IMG/VR virus record: IMGVR_UViG_3300020045_002072
Location: 1-40,914 of that record
Source: a virus
Taxonomy: Duplodnaviria; Caudoviricetes
Length of the DNA stretch: 40,914 bases
Direction: 5' to 3' (one strand)
Shown piece by piece: positions 17,426 to 25,918 of the stretch (positions within the stretch are counted from its first letter, which is position 1; each line of letters starts with the position of its first letter). A program made the translations under genes and the position numbers. Below the pieces are notes generated by a model. It saw nothing but the letters and a program-made list of their open reading frames with translations, ran no database searches and had not been told where the DNA came from.

Positions 17426-17844
17426 TGACACAGCGCGAAGAGTTAAACGCCGACCAGAAAGAATTAAACTGGCTTCTTGGTTTGGAAAAAGAAACACTGG
17501 CAGATATGGTGCGCCAGCAATCAAAGATAATTAAAAAATTGCAGAACACCGCAAAAGCGCAGGTTGTGCCGGAAGGATTAAAGGTTGTTCCGGCTGAGCC
17601 AAATCAAGCCCAGTTTGGTGGAATGGCGAGAGACGTCATTCAGTGGATGCGATTCACAGAATCAAAAAATCAACATTCTGAATCACTTGTTAAATGGCTT
17701 AAAGATATGGGGAATGAAATTCCAGAATGGCTTTATAGTGAGCCAGAGATAAACCACCTATCAAAGCACGTTATTAGTAAAGGAACTATTGCAGCTATTA
17801 TATATAAAGCCATGCTTGCGGCTGCACTGGAGCAAAATAAATGA
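17422..17844 (+). CDS. Hypothetical phage protein (mosaic accessory type)
   Basis: VPEG.KVVP.EP ... YKAMLAAA segments common in lambdoid accessory genes. Confidence 0.7.
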   Translation: MMTQREELNADQKELNWLLGLEKETLADMVRQQSKIIKKLQNTAKAQVVPEGLKVVPAEPNQAQFGGMARDVIQWMRFTESKNQHSESLVKWLKDMGNEIPEWLYSEPEINHLSKHVISKGTIAAIIYKAMLAAALEQNK

Positions 17845-18887
17845 GCGCCAACGAATACCTGATCGACGCATCAACCCGCCATCAATTAATGTTGCAACGA
17901 CTCTCTGGAGGGTCGTTCAATAAACTTAAACCACTACTAGAAAAGCTGCAAAAAGATATCAGAGCTAGGCTTTCTGAGAATCCAACTGATTTTCAGATGA
18001 ACAGGCTGACTTCATTGATGCGAGATATTCAATCTATATTCGATGCAGCTAACTCGGAGGTATCAAAGCAGCTAAATCTTGATCTCGAAGAGTTCATTCC
18101 ATACGAAACCGATTTTCAATATCGGATGCTTGGCAATGCCGTTACTACTGAATTGACACTGCCAGCAGTTGAGCAGGTTGTGGCGGCTGTTACTACTGCA
18201 AAGGCTGAGCTGATTAGCGGTAAGGTAACAAAAAAATTAACTATTAGCGGGATGGTTAAAACTCTTGGCGAAAATCCAAAGACCATAGAAAACAAGATCC
18301 GCGCCGGAATCATCGAAGGCAAATCAGTTGATCAGATGGTACGTGACATCATGCGAGTTGCTAATCAGGCGCATAAGCGAGATGTGCGAACCGTTGTTCG
18401 GACGGCGTTTAACTTAGCTGGCAGTGAAGCACGAAGAGAGGTTAATGCGGCTAACTCTGATGTGTTGATTGGCGAGCGGTTAATTGTCACTCTTGATTCA
18501 CGTACCAGCGTTACATGTTACGGGCTGTCAGTAAAAGGCATCATCTATAAGATCGGAGAAGGCCCACAGCCGCCGTTACATTTTGGATGCAGGACGGTAA
18601 GGGTTGGTGTAGTTGATCCGCGCTATGCAGTACCTGGTATTAAGGGCCTTAAATCCGCTCGTGGTGATAATGGTGTAGAGAAAATTGATGTCGATGTCAC
18701 TTTTGATCAATTCCTGAAAAACCAATCAGTTGCATTCCAGAAAGAGTTCTTTTACAAGTTCTCCGGCGGTCATTACAAATACGATGCATGGAAGGCTGGC
18801 AAGATTTCAGGAGCTGATTTCGTTGATGGAAAAGGCGCAGAGATTGATCTGAGTTATTTAAAATCACTCGACAGCATCACTTTGTGA
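17841..18887 (+). CDS. Minor head protein (SPP1 gp7/Mu gpF-like)
   Basis: TVVRT, TLDSRTS..C, PPLHFGCRT. Confidence 0.88.
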   Translation: MSANEYLIDASTRHQLMLQRLSGGSFNKLKPLLEKLQKDIRARLSENPTDFQMNRLTSLMRDIQSIFDAANSEVSKQLNLDLEEFIPYETDFQYRMLGNAVTTELTLPAVEQVVAAVTTAKAELISGKVTKKLTISGMVKTLGENPKTIENKIRAGIIEGKSVDQMVRDIMRVANQAHKRDVRTVVRTAFNLAGSEARREVNAANSDVLIGERLIVTLDSRTSVTCYGLSVKGIIYKIGEGPQPPLHFGCRTVRVGVVDPRYAVPGIKGLKSARGDNGVEKIDVDVTFDQFLKNQSVAFQKEFFYKFSGGHYKYDAWKAGKISGADFVDGKGAEIDLSYLKSLDSITL

Positions 18888-18924
18888 TGTAGATCAATGT
18901 TTGTTTTTGCATGAGTGGTATTGT
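18883..18924 (+). promoter_or_regulatory. CRP/FNR-type box plus extended -10
   Basis: TGTGAT-GTAG-ATCAAT (18883-18898), 20 nt, TGG-TATTGT (-10 at 18919-18924). Confidence 0.6.
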
Positions 18925-18941
18925 TTTATCAAGGAGTGAAA

Positions 18942-19064
18942 ATGACAGCCACCGAACTTTCCACCTTATACATTCTTTGCTGTCTGCTTATGATGGTAGT
19001 GACAGTAAAAGTTATTCTAATGGCCTGCAAGCCTGTTTTGTGGAGTGATATAAAAAATAATTAA
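18942..19064 (+). CDS. 40-aa single-TM peptide (not in track)
   Basis: AAGGAG RBS; MTATELSTLYILCCLLMMVVTVKVILMACKPVLWSDIKNN. Confidence 0.65.
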   Translation: MTATELSTLYILCCLLMMVVTVKVILMACKPVLWSDIKNN

Positions 19065-19299
19065 GACACCAGTTAGTTATGAAGACCGATTCAGCAGAAT
19101 AGGGGATGCTGATGGAGATATTATTCTGTATGACGTATCTGACAATATTGGTGATGAGATAGCAAAGCGCATCAATATGCACGATGAGCTTGTTGCTGCT
19201 GTCAAAATGTTAATTCCATCGTTCATTCACGAGTCATATACAGAAGATGATGGAAAGAAGATTATGTATCTTTATGAACTACTGGAGAAATGCAAATGA
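19054..19299 (+). pseudogene. 81-codon ORF lacking a canonical start
   Basis: KIIKTPVSYEDRFSRIGDADG...INMHDELVAAV...LLEKCK*; GGAG upstream but only ATA/ATT at the expected start. Confidence 0.45.
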
Positions 19300-19421
19300 T
19301 CATCGACTACATTAATCGAACAAAGAAGCAGAATGAAGAATCTGCAAGCGATGCGATTAAAGCTGGAGCGTGTGCGGCTTTGTGCGTTGTTGTATTTGGA
19401 TTGCTGGCGGTGATGCTATGA
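19296..19421 (+). CDS. 41-aa peptide with C-terminal TM (not in track)
   Basis: GGAG RBS; MIIDYINRTKKQNEESASDAIKAGACAALCVVVFGLLAVML; ATGA overlaps on both sides. Confidence 0.6.
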   Translation: MIIDYINRTKKQNEESASDAIKAGACAALCVVVFGLLAVML

Positions 19422-19630
19422 TTCAAGTAGATGAAATGCCAACTAGCGGTCGATTTGCGGTGGTGTTTGAATGCGACAATGGTATTCATACATTTAAGAT
19501 GCTATGGATTGGAGATGTACTGTATGAGGCTAGTGAAAAAGATGGCTCCTTGGATTACATAGAGGATGCCGAATCACTCAAAAAATATCATAAAAAGTCC
19601 AGCGCTCGGTATTTTATTGAAGAAGACTAA
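19418..19630 (+). CDS. Hypothetical protein
   Basis: ATG 19418 (MIQVDEMP...) with GGTGA RBS. Confidence 0.65.
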   Translation: MIQVDEMPTSGRFAVVFECDNGIHTFKMLWIGDVLYEASEKDGSLDYIEDAESLKKYHKKSSARYFIEED

Positions 19631-19786
19631 CCATCACCACAAAAACTAACCAACCTTCGCGCTGGTTTTTTATTGCCAACCATCTGTCAATAGTCTTTAT
19701 CAATTAAACTTTCCATTATCAATAGGTTTGGGCTATCATATCGACAGTGCAAGCGGTGCTTGTTAATTGATGATACGGGGTATCAA

Positions 19787-20446
19787 ATGGCTTTAGCTTT
19801 TGAAGTTGATTCGCTGGATGGATTGGATGAATCCGTCAAATCTTTATATAAAGAACACAACGGTAAATTCCGACTTGATGTGTCAGGCATTGATCCAGCT
19901 GATGAGTTGAAAGGCGCGTTGCAGCGAGAGCGTGAAGAGCGCAAGGCAGCCAAAGCCCGCGCAGATCAACTTGAGCGTGAAAAGGCAGAAGCAGAAGAAG
20001 TTCGATTGCGTGAAAAGAGCGAATTCAAAGAGCTTTATGAGCGCGAAAAATCAGCAGCTCAAAAGATGAAAGAAGACTGGGAGGCTGAAAAGCTGACCAC
20101 CAGGAAAGAAAAGATTTCTAATGCCGCTTTGCATATCGGCGCTGAATTAGGCGATCAAGAATCATCTATCAAACTGCTGACGCGCGAAGCAAAGGACTAC
20201 ATCGAAATCGAAAACGGTCTGGTGAAATATTTGATCGGCGGCGTTGAAGTAACCAAAGAAGTTTTGGTCGATACGCTGGCAAAGCAATACCCGCAACTTT
20301 GTAAAGGTAGTGGTGCGTCTGGCGGCGGTGCTGCTGGTGGAAAGAACGGCGGTGCCGCGAAAAAACCCGAAGAATATAGCGAGGCCGAGCGAATGCAAAT
20401 GTATCGCAGTGAGCCAGCTAAATTTAAAGAACTTTTTGGAAAATAA
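19787..20446 (+). CDS. Capsid scaffolding protein
   Basis: Charged coiled coil with C-terminal GSGASGGG linker, directly before the major capsid gene. Confidence 0.82.
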   Translation: MALAFEVDSLDGLDESVKSLYKEHNGKFRLDVSGIDPADELKGALQREREERKAAKARADQLEREKAEAEEVRLREKSEFKELYEREKSAAQKMKEDWEAEKLTTRKEKISNAALHIGAELGDQESSIKLLTREAKDYIEIENGLVKYLIGGVEVTKEVLVDTLAKQYPQLCKGSGASGGGAAGGKNGGAAKKPEEYSEAERMQMYRSEPAKFKELFGK

Positions 20447-20461
20447 TAGAGGTTTTAAATT

Positions 20462-21487
20462 ATGGCTACTGTACGTCTTTCCGATGTTGTCGTACCTGCG
20501 GTGTACGAGACATATAAATCCGTTGATTCACCTGAAAAAACAGCGTTTTTCGAATCTGGCGTAGCTGTCACCGATGCAATGCTGACCGCAAAAGCATCAA
20601 CCGGCGGTAATTTGCTGGACGTTCCATTCTGGAATGATATCGATCCAACGCTGGCACCAAACCTGTCAAGCGACGATCCAACTGCGTCTGCCACACCAAA
20701 CAAGATCACCGCTGGCACGCAGATCGCGCGCATGGCCTATCTGAACCAAGCGTTTTCAACTGCCGATCTAGCTGGTGAATTGGCAGGCTCAATGCCAATG
20801 CAGCACATCCGTAACCGCTTTGGTCGTTACTGGATGCGTCAATGGCAGCGTCGCGTTATTGCTACTTTGGAAGGCGTTCTGGCTGACAATATCGCATCGA
20901 ATGGTGGCGACATGGTTAACAGCGTTGCCGGTGCGTTGAATTCAAACGTTAGCGCGTCAACTCTGTTCAGTCGCTCAGCGTTTACCGGTGCGGCGTTTAC
21001 CTTGGGTGATGCGTTCGAAGGCACTACGGCAATGGCTGTTCATTCGGTTGTGTATAAGCGCATGATTGATAATGACGACATCGAGTACATTCCTGATTCA
21101 CAGGGCGCAATGACAATCCCAACATTCTTGGGTCGCCGCGTTATTGTTGACGACTCACTGCCAGTAACTCCGGCTGGCGGCGCACTGAGTACGGATACAG
21201 CGCCGAAATATACATCAATCCTGTTTGGTGAAGGTGCTATCGGTTACGGCGAAGGCTCCGCACCAATGGCGACAGAAGTCGAACGCCAAGCGTTGCAAGG
21301 TAACGGCGGTGGTGTTGAATACCTGATTGAGCGTAAATCATGGTTGCTTCACCCGTTCGGTTACCAATGCACCGGCACTCCATCGGCGACTTCTTTGTCG
21401 CTGACAGAGCTAAAGGCTGCCACCACTTGGGCGCGTGTAGTTCCTCGCAAGTCAGTTCCGATTAGCTTCTTGATCACCAACGGTTAG
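20462..21487 (+). CDS. Major capsid protein
   Basis: 341 aa, T.LSDV..P, PFWND, AVHSVVY, IPTFLGRRVIVDD, HPFGY; strong RBS and following terminator. Confidence 0.9.
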   Translation: MATVRLSDVVVPAVYETYKSVDSPEKTAFFESGVAVTDAMLTAKASTGGNLLDVPFWNDIDPTLAPNLSSDDPTASATPNKITAGTQIARMAYLNQAFSTADLAGELAGSMPMQHIRNRFGRYWMRQWQRRVIATLEGVLADNIASNGGDMVNSVAGALNSNVSASTLFSRSAFTGAAFTLGDAFEGTTAMAVHSVVYKRMIDNDDIEYIPDSQGAMTIPTFLGRRVIVDDSLPVTPAGGALSTDTAPKYTSILFGEGAIGYGEGSAPMATEVERQALQGNGGGVEYLIERKSWLLHPFGYQCTGTPSATSLSLTELKAATTWARVVPRKSVPISFLITNG

Positions 21488-21493
21488 AAGAAC

Positions 21494-21520
21494 AAAGGCG
21501 GCTTCGGTCGCCTTTTCTTT
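21494..21520 (+). terminator. Intrinsic terminator after capsid gene
   Basis: AAAGGCGGC-TTCG-GTCGCCTTT-TCTTT. Confidence 0.8.
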
Positions 21521-21531
21521 GAGAGATTATT

Positions 21532-21690
21532 ATGGATATCAAACAGCAATTAGAGCTTCAAAAAAAATTCAATGATGGGAGCTTCCAGAATGCAACCGAA
21601 TCAGGATCAGGATCAAAAAAGAAACCTTCCAGATCCAAACAGCCAGCAGTACCGAGCTCATCTGAGCCGGAAGCGCAGATTGAAACGTAA
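21532..21690 (+). CDS. Small hydrophilic protein (52 aa, not in track)
   Basis: MDIKQQLELQKKFNDG...AQIET*; fills the gap after the capsid gene. Confidence 0.55.
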   Translation: MDIKQQLELQKKFNDGSFQNATESGSGSKKKPSRSKQPAVPSSSEPEAQIET

Positions 21691-21705
21691 AGAAGAATTG
21701 CCGGT

Positions 21706-22299
21706 ATGAACTTTTTAAGTTGGTTCACATTACCCGGCATCCCATCCGACACATTAACTGACGAGCAGCCGGGCATTCGTCGTATCGCAGTTGATCCGCA
21801 ACAGACTAGCTTTGAAAAGAATCTCCAGTTCGGTTTTTTCGATCAGTTCCTTAATGTTCCATCTACTCAGCAACTTGTTTATAAGGTCACGGTTGGACGG
21901 GATTCGATTTTATTTAACCGATCGAATGAAATCTGGACCGGCGGGCGCGAGTTGCTTGTTTATGGCGATGTTGGTGTGACGTTCACAGGAGCTCTTACAG
22001 CAACTGGAAATGTAAAATTCATGAACAGAATTGTCTCTGACATTTACGAAACTCACCCTGTGCCTGAAATTACTTTCCAGCGCGCAATAGGTCCTGCAAT
22101 TTTCAGTGCAACAAGCAAGCCGATCGCTGGCGCGGCTCTGGTGACGTCTGGAGCAACCGCACAAAAAGCTGCTGAATATTCGGCATCTGAAATCCGCATC
22201 GGGTGGCCAGCTGGGACGGTCTTATGGTACGTATACAGCCCAATAATAACCAACGAAGCAACCAGTGGGCATACGGAACTAATCTGGGAGCAGCGTTAA
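21706..22299 (+). CDS. Putative virion-associated protein
   Basis: 197-aa beta-rich ORF in the head block; function not recognised. Confidence 0.55.
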   Translation: MNFLSWFTLPGIPSDTLTDEQPGIRRIAVDPQQTSFEKNLQFGFFDQFLNVPSTQQLVYKVTVGRDSILFNRSNEIWTGGRELLVYGDVGVTFTGALTATGNVKFMNRIVSDIYETHPVPEITFQRAIGPAIFSATSKPIAGAALVTSGATAQKAAEYSASEIRIGWPAGTVLWYVYSPIITNEATSGHTELIWEQR

Positions 22300-22499
22300 T
22301 GCTTATCACGCTCGATTCACATCAAATGCACTCACTAGACGGAAATGCACTGATTAAATCAGCTTGCGATAAGTTATCAGAATATGGAATTGAAAACTTC
22401 ATTCACTGGCGCGATGAGATAAGCGTAGATATTGCTGGAGAATCGCACGGCGTTATGATTGATTATGTCGCAGGCGGAGTGCGTTTTTTAAAGTCATAG
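22299..22499 (+). CDS. Hypothetical protein
   Basis: TAATG coupling, GGAG RBS; MLITLDSHQ... Confidence 0.6.
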   Translation: MLITLDSHQMHSLDGNALIKSACDKLSEYGIENFIHWRDEISVDIAGESHGVMIDYVAGGVRFLKS

Positions 22500-22535
22500 C
22501 GTACAATCAAATAACACATTTCATGGGGAAATATC

Positions 22536-22886
22536 ATGCCAGCAATTGTTGCAACATCGATGCAGGGCGCTGGAAAGCGCGCCGTAACTCTAACGACATT
22601 AAGCGGTACTGCTGATACGCTGACTTATAAGTCTGGCCAAGGTCAGATTTTGGTATTAAACAACATCACCGCAGGCGCACTGACACCAATCATCGACGGC
22701 GCTGGTTCTACCACTCTGCCTGTTCAAGGCGTTGGTAGTGTCGATGTGTCAGGCGGTTATGCTGTCGGTTCAATCGCAGCTGGCTCGGAAGTGGCAATTC
22801 CACTGGATACAATTCGCGCTTATTTGGTTGGCGTGGTGTCAATTACTGGCGGCACTGGCTTATCAGCATCACTGCTTGAGTTTTAA
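22536..22886 (+). CDS. Putative head decoration/structural protein
   Basis: G/S/T/A-rich 116 aa in the head-neck block. Confidence 0.55.
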   Translation: MPAIVATSMQGAGKRAVTLTTLSGTADTLTYKSGQGQILVLNNITAGALTPIIDGAGSTTLPVQGVGSVDVSGGYAVGSIAAGSEVAIPLDTIRAYLVGVVSITGGTGLSASLLEF

Positions 22887-22925
22887 TTTCAACAGACAAG
22901 GACGGCAGTAAAACAAGGGGCTACA

Positions 22926-23345
22926 ATGACAACAATTGGTTACACAACGGACGATGAGTATTCTGCCTATGCGATCTCGCGTGGCTATGTACTATCTGGC
23001 GACTCGTTAGTGCAGTTACAGTTGGGGCTTGATTGGCTCGAATTGCAGCCATTCAAGGGCGAGAAAACAGATCCAGATCAAGCGCTTGAATGGCCGCGCG
23101 ATGGTAACACTGAGATCCCAGATAAGATTATACAGGCCCAGCTTGAGGCGGCGCTGGTTTACAATGCCGGCGGAAACCTCATGGCATCAATCGGCAAGAT
23201 AGTCACCGAGAAAACCGTGGGCCCACTGACAACAAAATGGTCTGAGAATGGCCCTCAAACTATCGCATATCCAAAACTTTCTATGCTGTTGCGCGGATAT
23301 GTCAGCAATGGCTATGGATCAACGCAGTTTAATGTGAGCCGATGA
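22926..23345 (+). CDS. Head-tail adaptor/connector
   Basis: FKGEKT...QALEWPR....IP..I..AQ.E.A, EKTVGPLT..W. Confidence 0.8.
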   Translation: MTTIGYTTDDEYSAYAISRGYVLSGDSLVQLQLGLDWLELQPFKGEKTDPDQALEWPRDGNTEIPDKIIQAQLEAALVYNAGGNLMASIGKIVTEKTVGPLTTKWSENGPQTIAYPKLSMLLRGYVSNGYGSTQFNVSR

Positions 23346-23346
23346 C

Positions 23347-23712
23347 ATGAGTCTAGCAGACGCACAAGCAGATATTGTTTCCGCACTTGAGATGTTGCAA
23401 GAGTCCGGCGAGCAGGCTGTTTTCAGCTATCAAACAGATCCTGTTTTTGATAATGATACCGGCGATCTAATTTCTGGCGGAACTAGCGGAACGCAGGTCG
23501 CATACGGTTATCCTGAAAGCTATTCTAACTCAGAGATTGACGGAACCAGCATTCAGCAAGGAGATATTAAGCTGATCTGTAGTGCTGGCGCATTGCGTCC
23601 TGTTATTGGATGGTTGTGCCTGCTTGATTCTGTTAATTATCGCGTCATGAACTGCGAACCGATCCGAGAAAGCGGCGTTGATGTTATTTACTATGTGCAG
23701 CTGAGGAAATAA
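23347..23712 (+). CDS. Head closure protein
   Basis: EIDGT.IQ.GD.KL and terminal Y.VQLRK. Confidence 0.78.
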   Translation: MSLADAQADIVSALEMLQESGEQAVFSYQTDPVFDNDTGDLISGGTSGTQVAYGYPESYSNSEIDGTSIQQGDIKLICSAGALRPVIGWLCLLDSVNYRVMNCEPIRESGVDVIYYVQLRK

Positions 23713-23714
23713 TT

Positions 23715-23900
23715 ATGCCATTCATTAATATTTACACAAAAGAAAGTGAAAAAGAAAATACAGTAAAAACAGCACGCGATGTAAAGGTTATGTGTGGTGA
23801 TCGTGAGATTGAAGGCGTTGAAAGCATTATTTTTGATGAAATCAGAAGTGGCGATGTTGTTGCCGCAACAATAAAATGCTTTGTTCATCTTGGTAAATAA
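23715..23900 (+). CDS. Small hypothetical protein
   Basis: 61-aa ORF with GAGG RBS filling the gap. Confidence 0.6.
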   Translation: MPFINIYTKESEKENTVKTARDVKVMCGDREIEGVESIIFDEIRSGDVVAATIKCFVHLGK

Positions 23901-23902
23901 CC

Positions 23903-24283
23903 ATGAACCAAGCCATCTACAAGGCAATGCGAGCCCACTTAAACACACTGTCGAATAAGCCGCCGATTGCATATCTTGATCAAGCGTATTCGCCTACTGG
24001 TGTACAGTATCTGCGGGAAGGTTTCTATTCAGCCGGCCCTGATCATCTTGCTATTGAATACGGCGGAGCAACTGACTATCGCGGATACTACCAGATCGAG
24101 ATCTTAACTCCGAGTAATAGTGGCGCGGCGGCTGGAATGGATAAGGCGACATTACTGGCAGAACACTTCAAGCGCGGGCGATACACTGGATTTGAAGTGA
24201 TGCGCGTTGAGTGGGTTCCGACGGGCAGCGAAGGTGCTTATTCTGTGATTCGTATGTCAATTTACTATCGGGCATTAGCATAG
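23903..24283 (+). CDS. Tail terminator-like protein (DUF4128-like)
   Basis: PIAY....Y.P....YLR, G.YQI....P...G, A..LAEHFKRG. Confidence 0.75.
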   Translation: MNQAIYKAMRAHLNTLSNKPPIAYLDQAYSPTGVQYLREGFYSAGPDHLAIEYGGATDYRGYYQIEILTPSNSGAAAGMDKATLLAEHFKRGRYTGFEVMRVEWVPTGSEGAYSVIRMSIYYRALA

Positions 24284-24304
24284 GCGCATCCGTGCGCCAT
24301 TTTG

Positions 24305-24625
24305 CTAATACTTTCCAATTAATTTACTAAGCATTTTCCCTGCCTTTGATTCTTGATGAATTCCTGTTTCTCCGGTAAATATCCACTTAATCCAACATAC
24401 AGATAACCATAAAGGAATAATCCAGAAGTGATTAATTCGCTGTAATGTAGTTCTATTTTCATATTGATAAAACCGGGGGATAACAACATATCCGCCGCGA
24501 TAGTCATCATCAAAAAGATAATCCAGCAGTTGATTTTTTGTGTAATTTTCACCGTGCAGCGTTTTCATTTCCTTTTCAATTATATGGCGATATGCGCTGT
24601 TTTTTCTAACATCGAAAATACTCAT
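24305..24625 (-). CDS. Hypothetical membrane-associated protein (AT-rich moron)
   Basis: Coupled to rha; W-rich hydrophobic segment FWIIPLWLSVCWIKWIF. Confidence 0.65.
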   Translation of the reverse strand: MSIFDVRKNSAYRHIIEKEMKTLHGENYTKNQLLDYLFDDDYRGGYVVIPRFYQYENRTTLQRINHFWIIPLWLSVCWIKWIFTGETGIHQESKAGKMLSKLIGKY

Positions 24626-25131
24626 TATTTTGCATCCTTAAAATTCAGCAGCATTTGCACGTCTTCCTGTAGTTTATTCACTCTTTCCATGTGCTCTTTT
24701 CGTATTTGCTTCCACTCGTTCAAACCACTACCGAAAACGCTTGCCTTATCTTTGTCTGATTCCATCAGCAAATAAGCCTTATTCAGCTCATCCATAACTG
24801 ATATCTCTTTCGTGCGATTAGACAAGATCTCAGATTCCATTGCATTAAATGCAGTGATGTACTTGATTTTCCATTGCTGTGCATCTACGCCATTAAAACC
24901 CATAGCCAGCAATGAAAACCCATCGCGAGTCATTTCATAACATGGAAGAGTTTTATTTTGTTCTGATACGTAGGAGGACTGGCGAAAGTTCGCCTCTCCA
25001 AATTCTCCAGCTGTTTTAATCTCTTTGCGTATGGAGTCGAGCACATGGCGGTGAATCTTGCCGAAAGCATCTGCAACTTGCTTTGACGTCACAACGACCT
25101 TACCATTACTAACTGATACTAAATCATTCAT
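24625..25131 (-). CDS. rha: Rha-family phage regulatory protein
   Basis: TS..VA..FGK.H.HVL..IR, Y.MTRDGF.LLAMGF.G..A..WK.KYI.AFN.ME. Confidence 0.92.
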   Translation of the reverse strand: MNDLVSVSNGKVVVTSKQVADAFGKIHRHVLDSIRKEIKTAGEFGEANFRQSSYVSEQNKTLPCYEMTRDGFSLLAMGFNGVDAQQWKIKYITAFNAMESEILSNRTKEISVMDELNKAYLLMESDKDKASVFGSGLNEWKQIRKEHMERVNKLQEDVQMLLNFKDAK

Positions 25132-25167
25132 AATAAAAACCTCATGATAGTTATGTTTGCACTCTCT

Positions 25168-25195
25168 ATTATGAGGTTTATTTTTTGACTGTCAA
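25168..25195 (-). promoter_or_regulatory. Sigma70 promoter for rha
   Basis: TTGACA(25195-25190)-16-CATAAT(25173-25168). Confidence 0.65.
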
Positions 25196-25211
25196 TTAAG
25201 AGGGTTAAAAA

Positions 25212-25598
25212 ATGGCAATCTACCAACTGCGAAATCTAGACAAGTGGGTCAAGAAAGTCGGCAGCGATGCTGAGAAAGTGACACGCGCAGTTGCACTGCA
25301 AATGACAAATGAAGTCATTCAGCGTACCCGCGTTGATACTGGTCGGGCGCGCGGGAATTGGCACGCAGAAATAAATACGGCGGAAGAGAATATTTTTGAG
25401 TTTGCTAGCGGTGGTCAGGCGGCAATCCCATTTGCATTAAGTCACTGCAATCAGGCTATAGAAAAGATGTACGGGCATCGGTGGATTCTGAGCAACAACC
25501 TGGCCTATATTTCTAAACTTGAGTCACTTGATAGCATGGTGCGTGGCACGGTGCTGGAGTTTAATCGTGCTATTGATGCGGCTGTTAAAGGCTTGTAA
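25212..25598 (+). CDS. Neck/tail-completion protein (HK97 gp10-like)
   Basis: T.VDTGRARGNW and LSNNLAYI..LE. Confidence 0.85.
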   Translation: MAIYQLRNLDKWVKKVGSDAEKVTRAVALQMTNEVIQRTRVDTGRARGNWHAEINTAEENIFEFASGGQAAIPFALSHCNQAIEKMYGHRWILSNNLAYISKLESLDSMVRGTVLEFNRAIDAAVKGL

Positions 25599-25603
25599 AT
25601 GAT

Positions 25604-25677
25604 TGGAGCGAGTGGCGGGAATCGAACCCGCGCATAATGATTGGAAGTCACCAGTTCTACCACTGAATTACACTCGC
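25604..25677 (-). tRNA. tRNA-Gly (TCC)
   Basis: GCGAGTG acceptor/CACTCGC-T-CCA, D-loop AGTGGTA, anticodon loop CTTCCAA, T-arm GCGGG-TTCGATT-CCCGC; 74 nt with encoded CCA. Confidence 0.93.
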
Positions 25678-25810
25678 TTTGCACAAATGAAAACAAGCGC
25701 GTAAGTCGTTAAACTCAGAGGCGCTTGTCTGTTTCCGCATATCTAAATCAAGGTTTTGCAGGCCAACAGATTAGAGTTCTATGCGCTAAGTTCGTAAAAG
25801 TAGCCAAGTA

Positions 25811-25839
25811 ATAATACAACACCATCAAAACTTTACCAA
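25811..25839 (-). promoter_or_regulatory. Sigma70 promoter for the tRNA transcript
   Basis: TTGGTA(25839-25834)-17-TATTAT(25816-25811). Confidence 0.55.
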
Positions 25840-25918
25840 TCGTTAAAACCTTTCAATAACTACACATCAATAGTTTTATGCTATCATTGTGCGTCATGAC
25901 AACTCAGAGGACGCTCAA

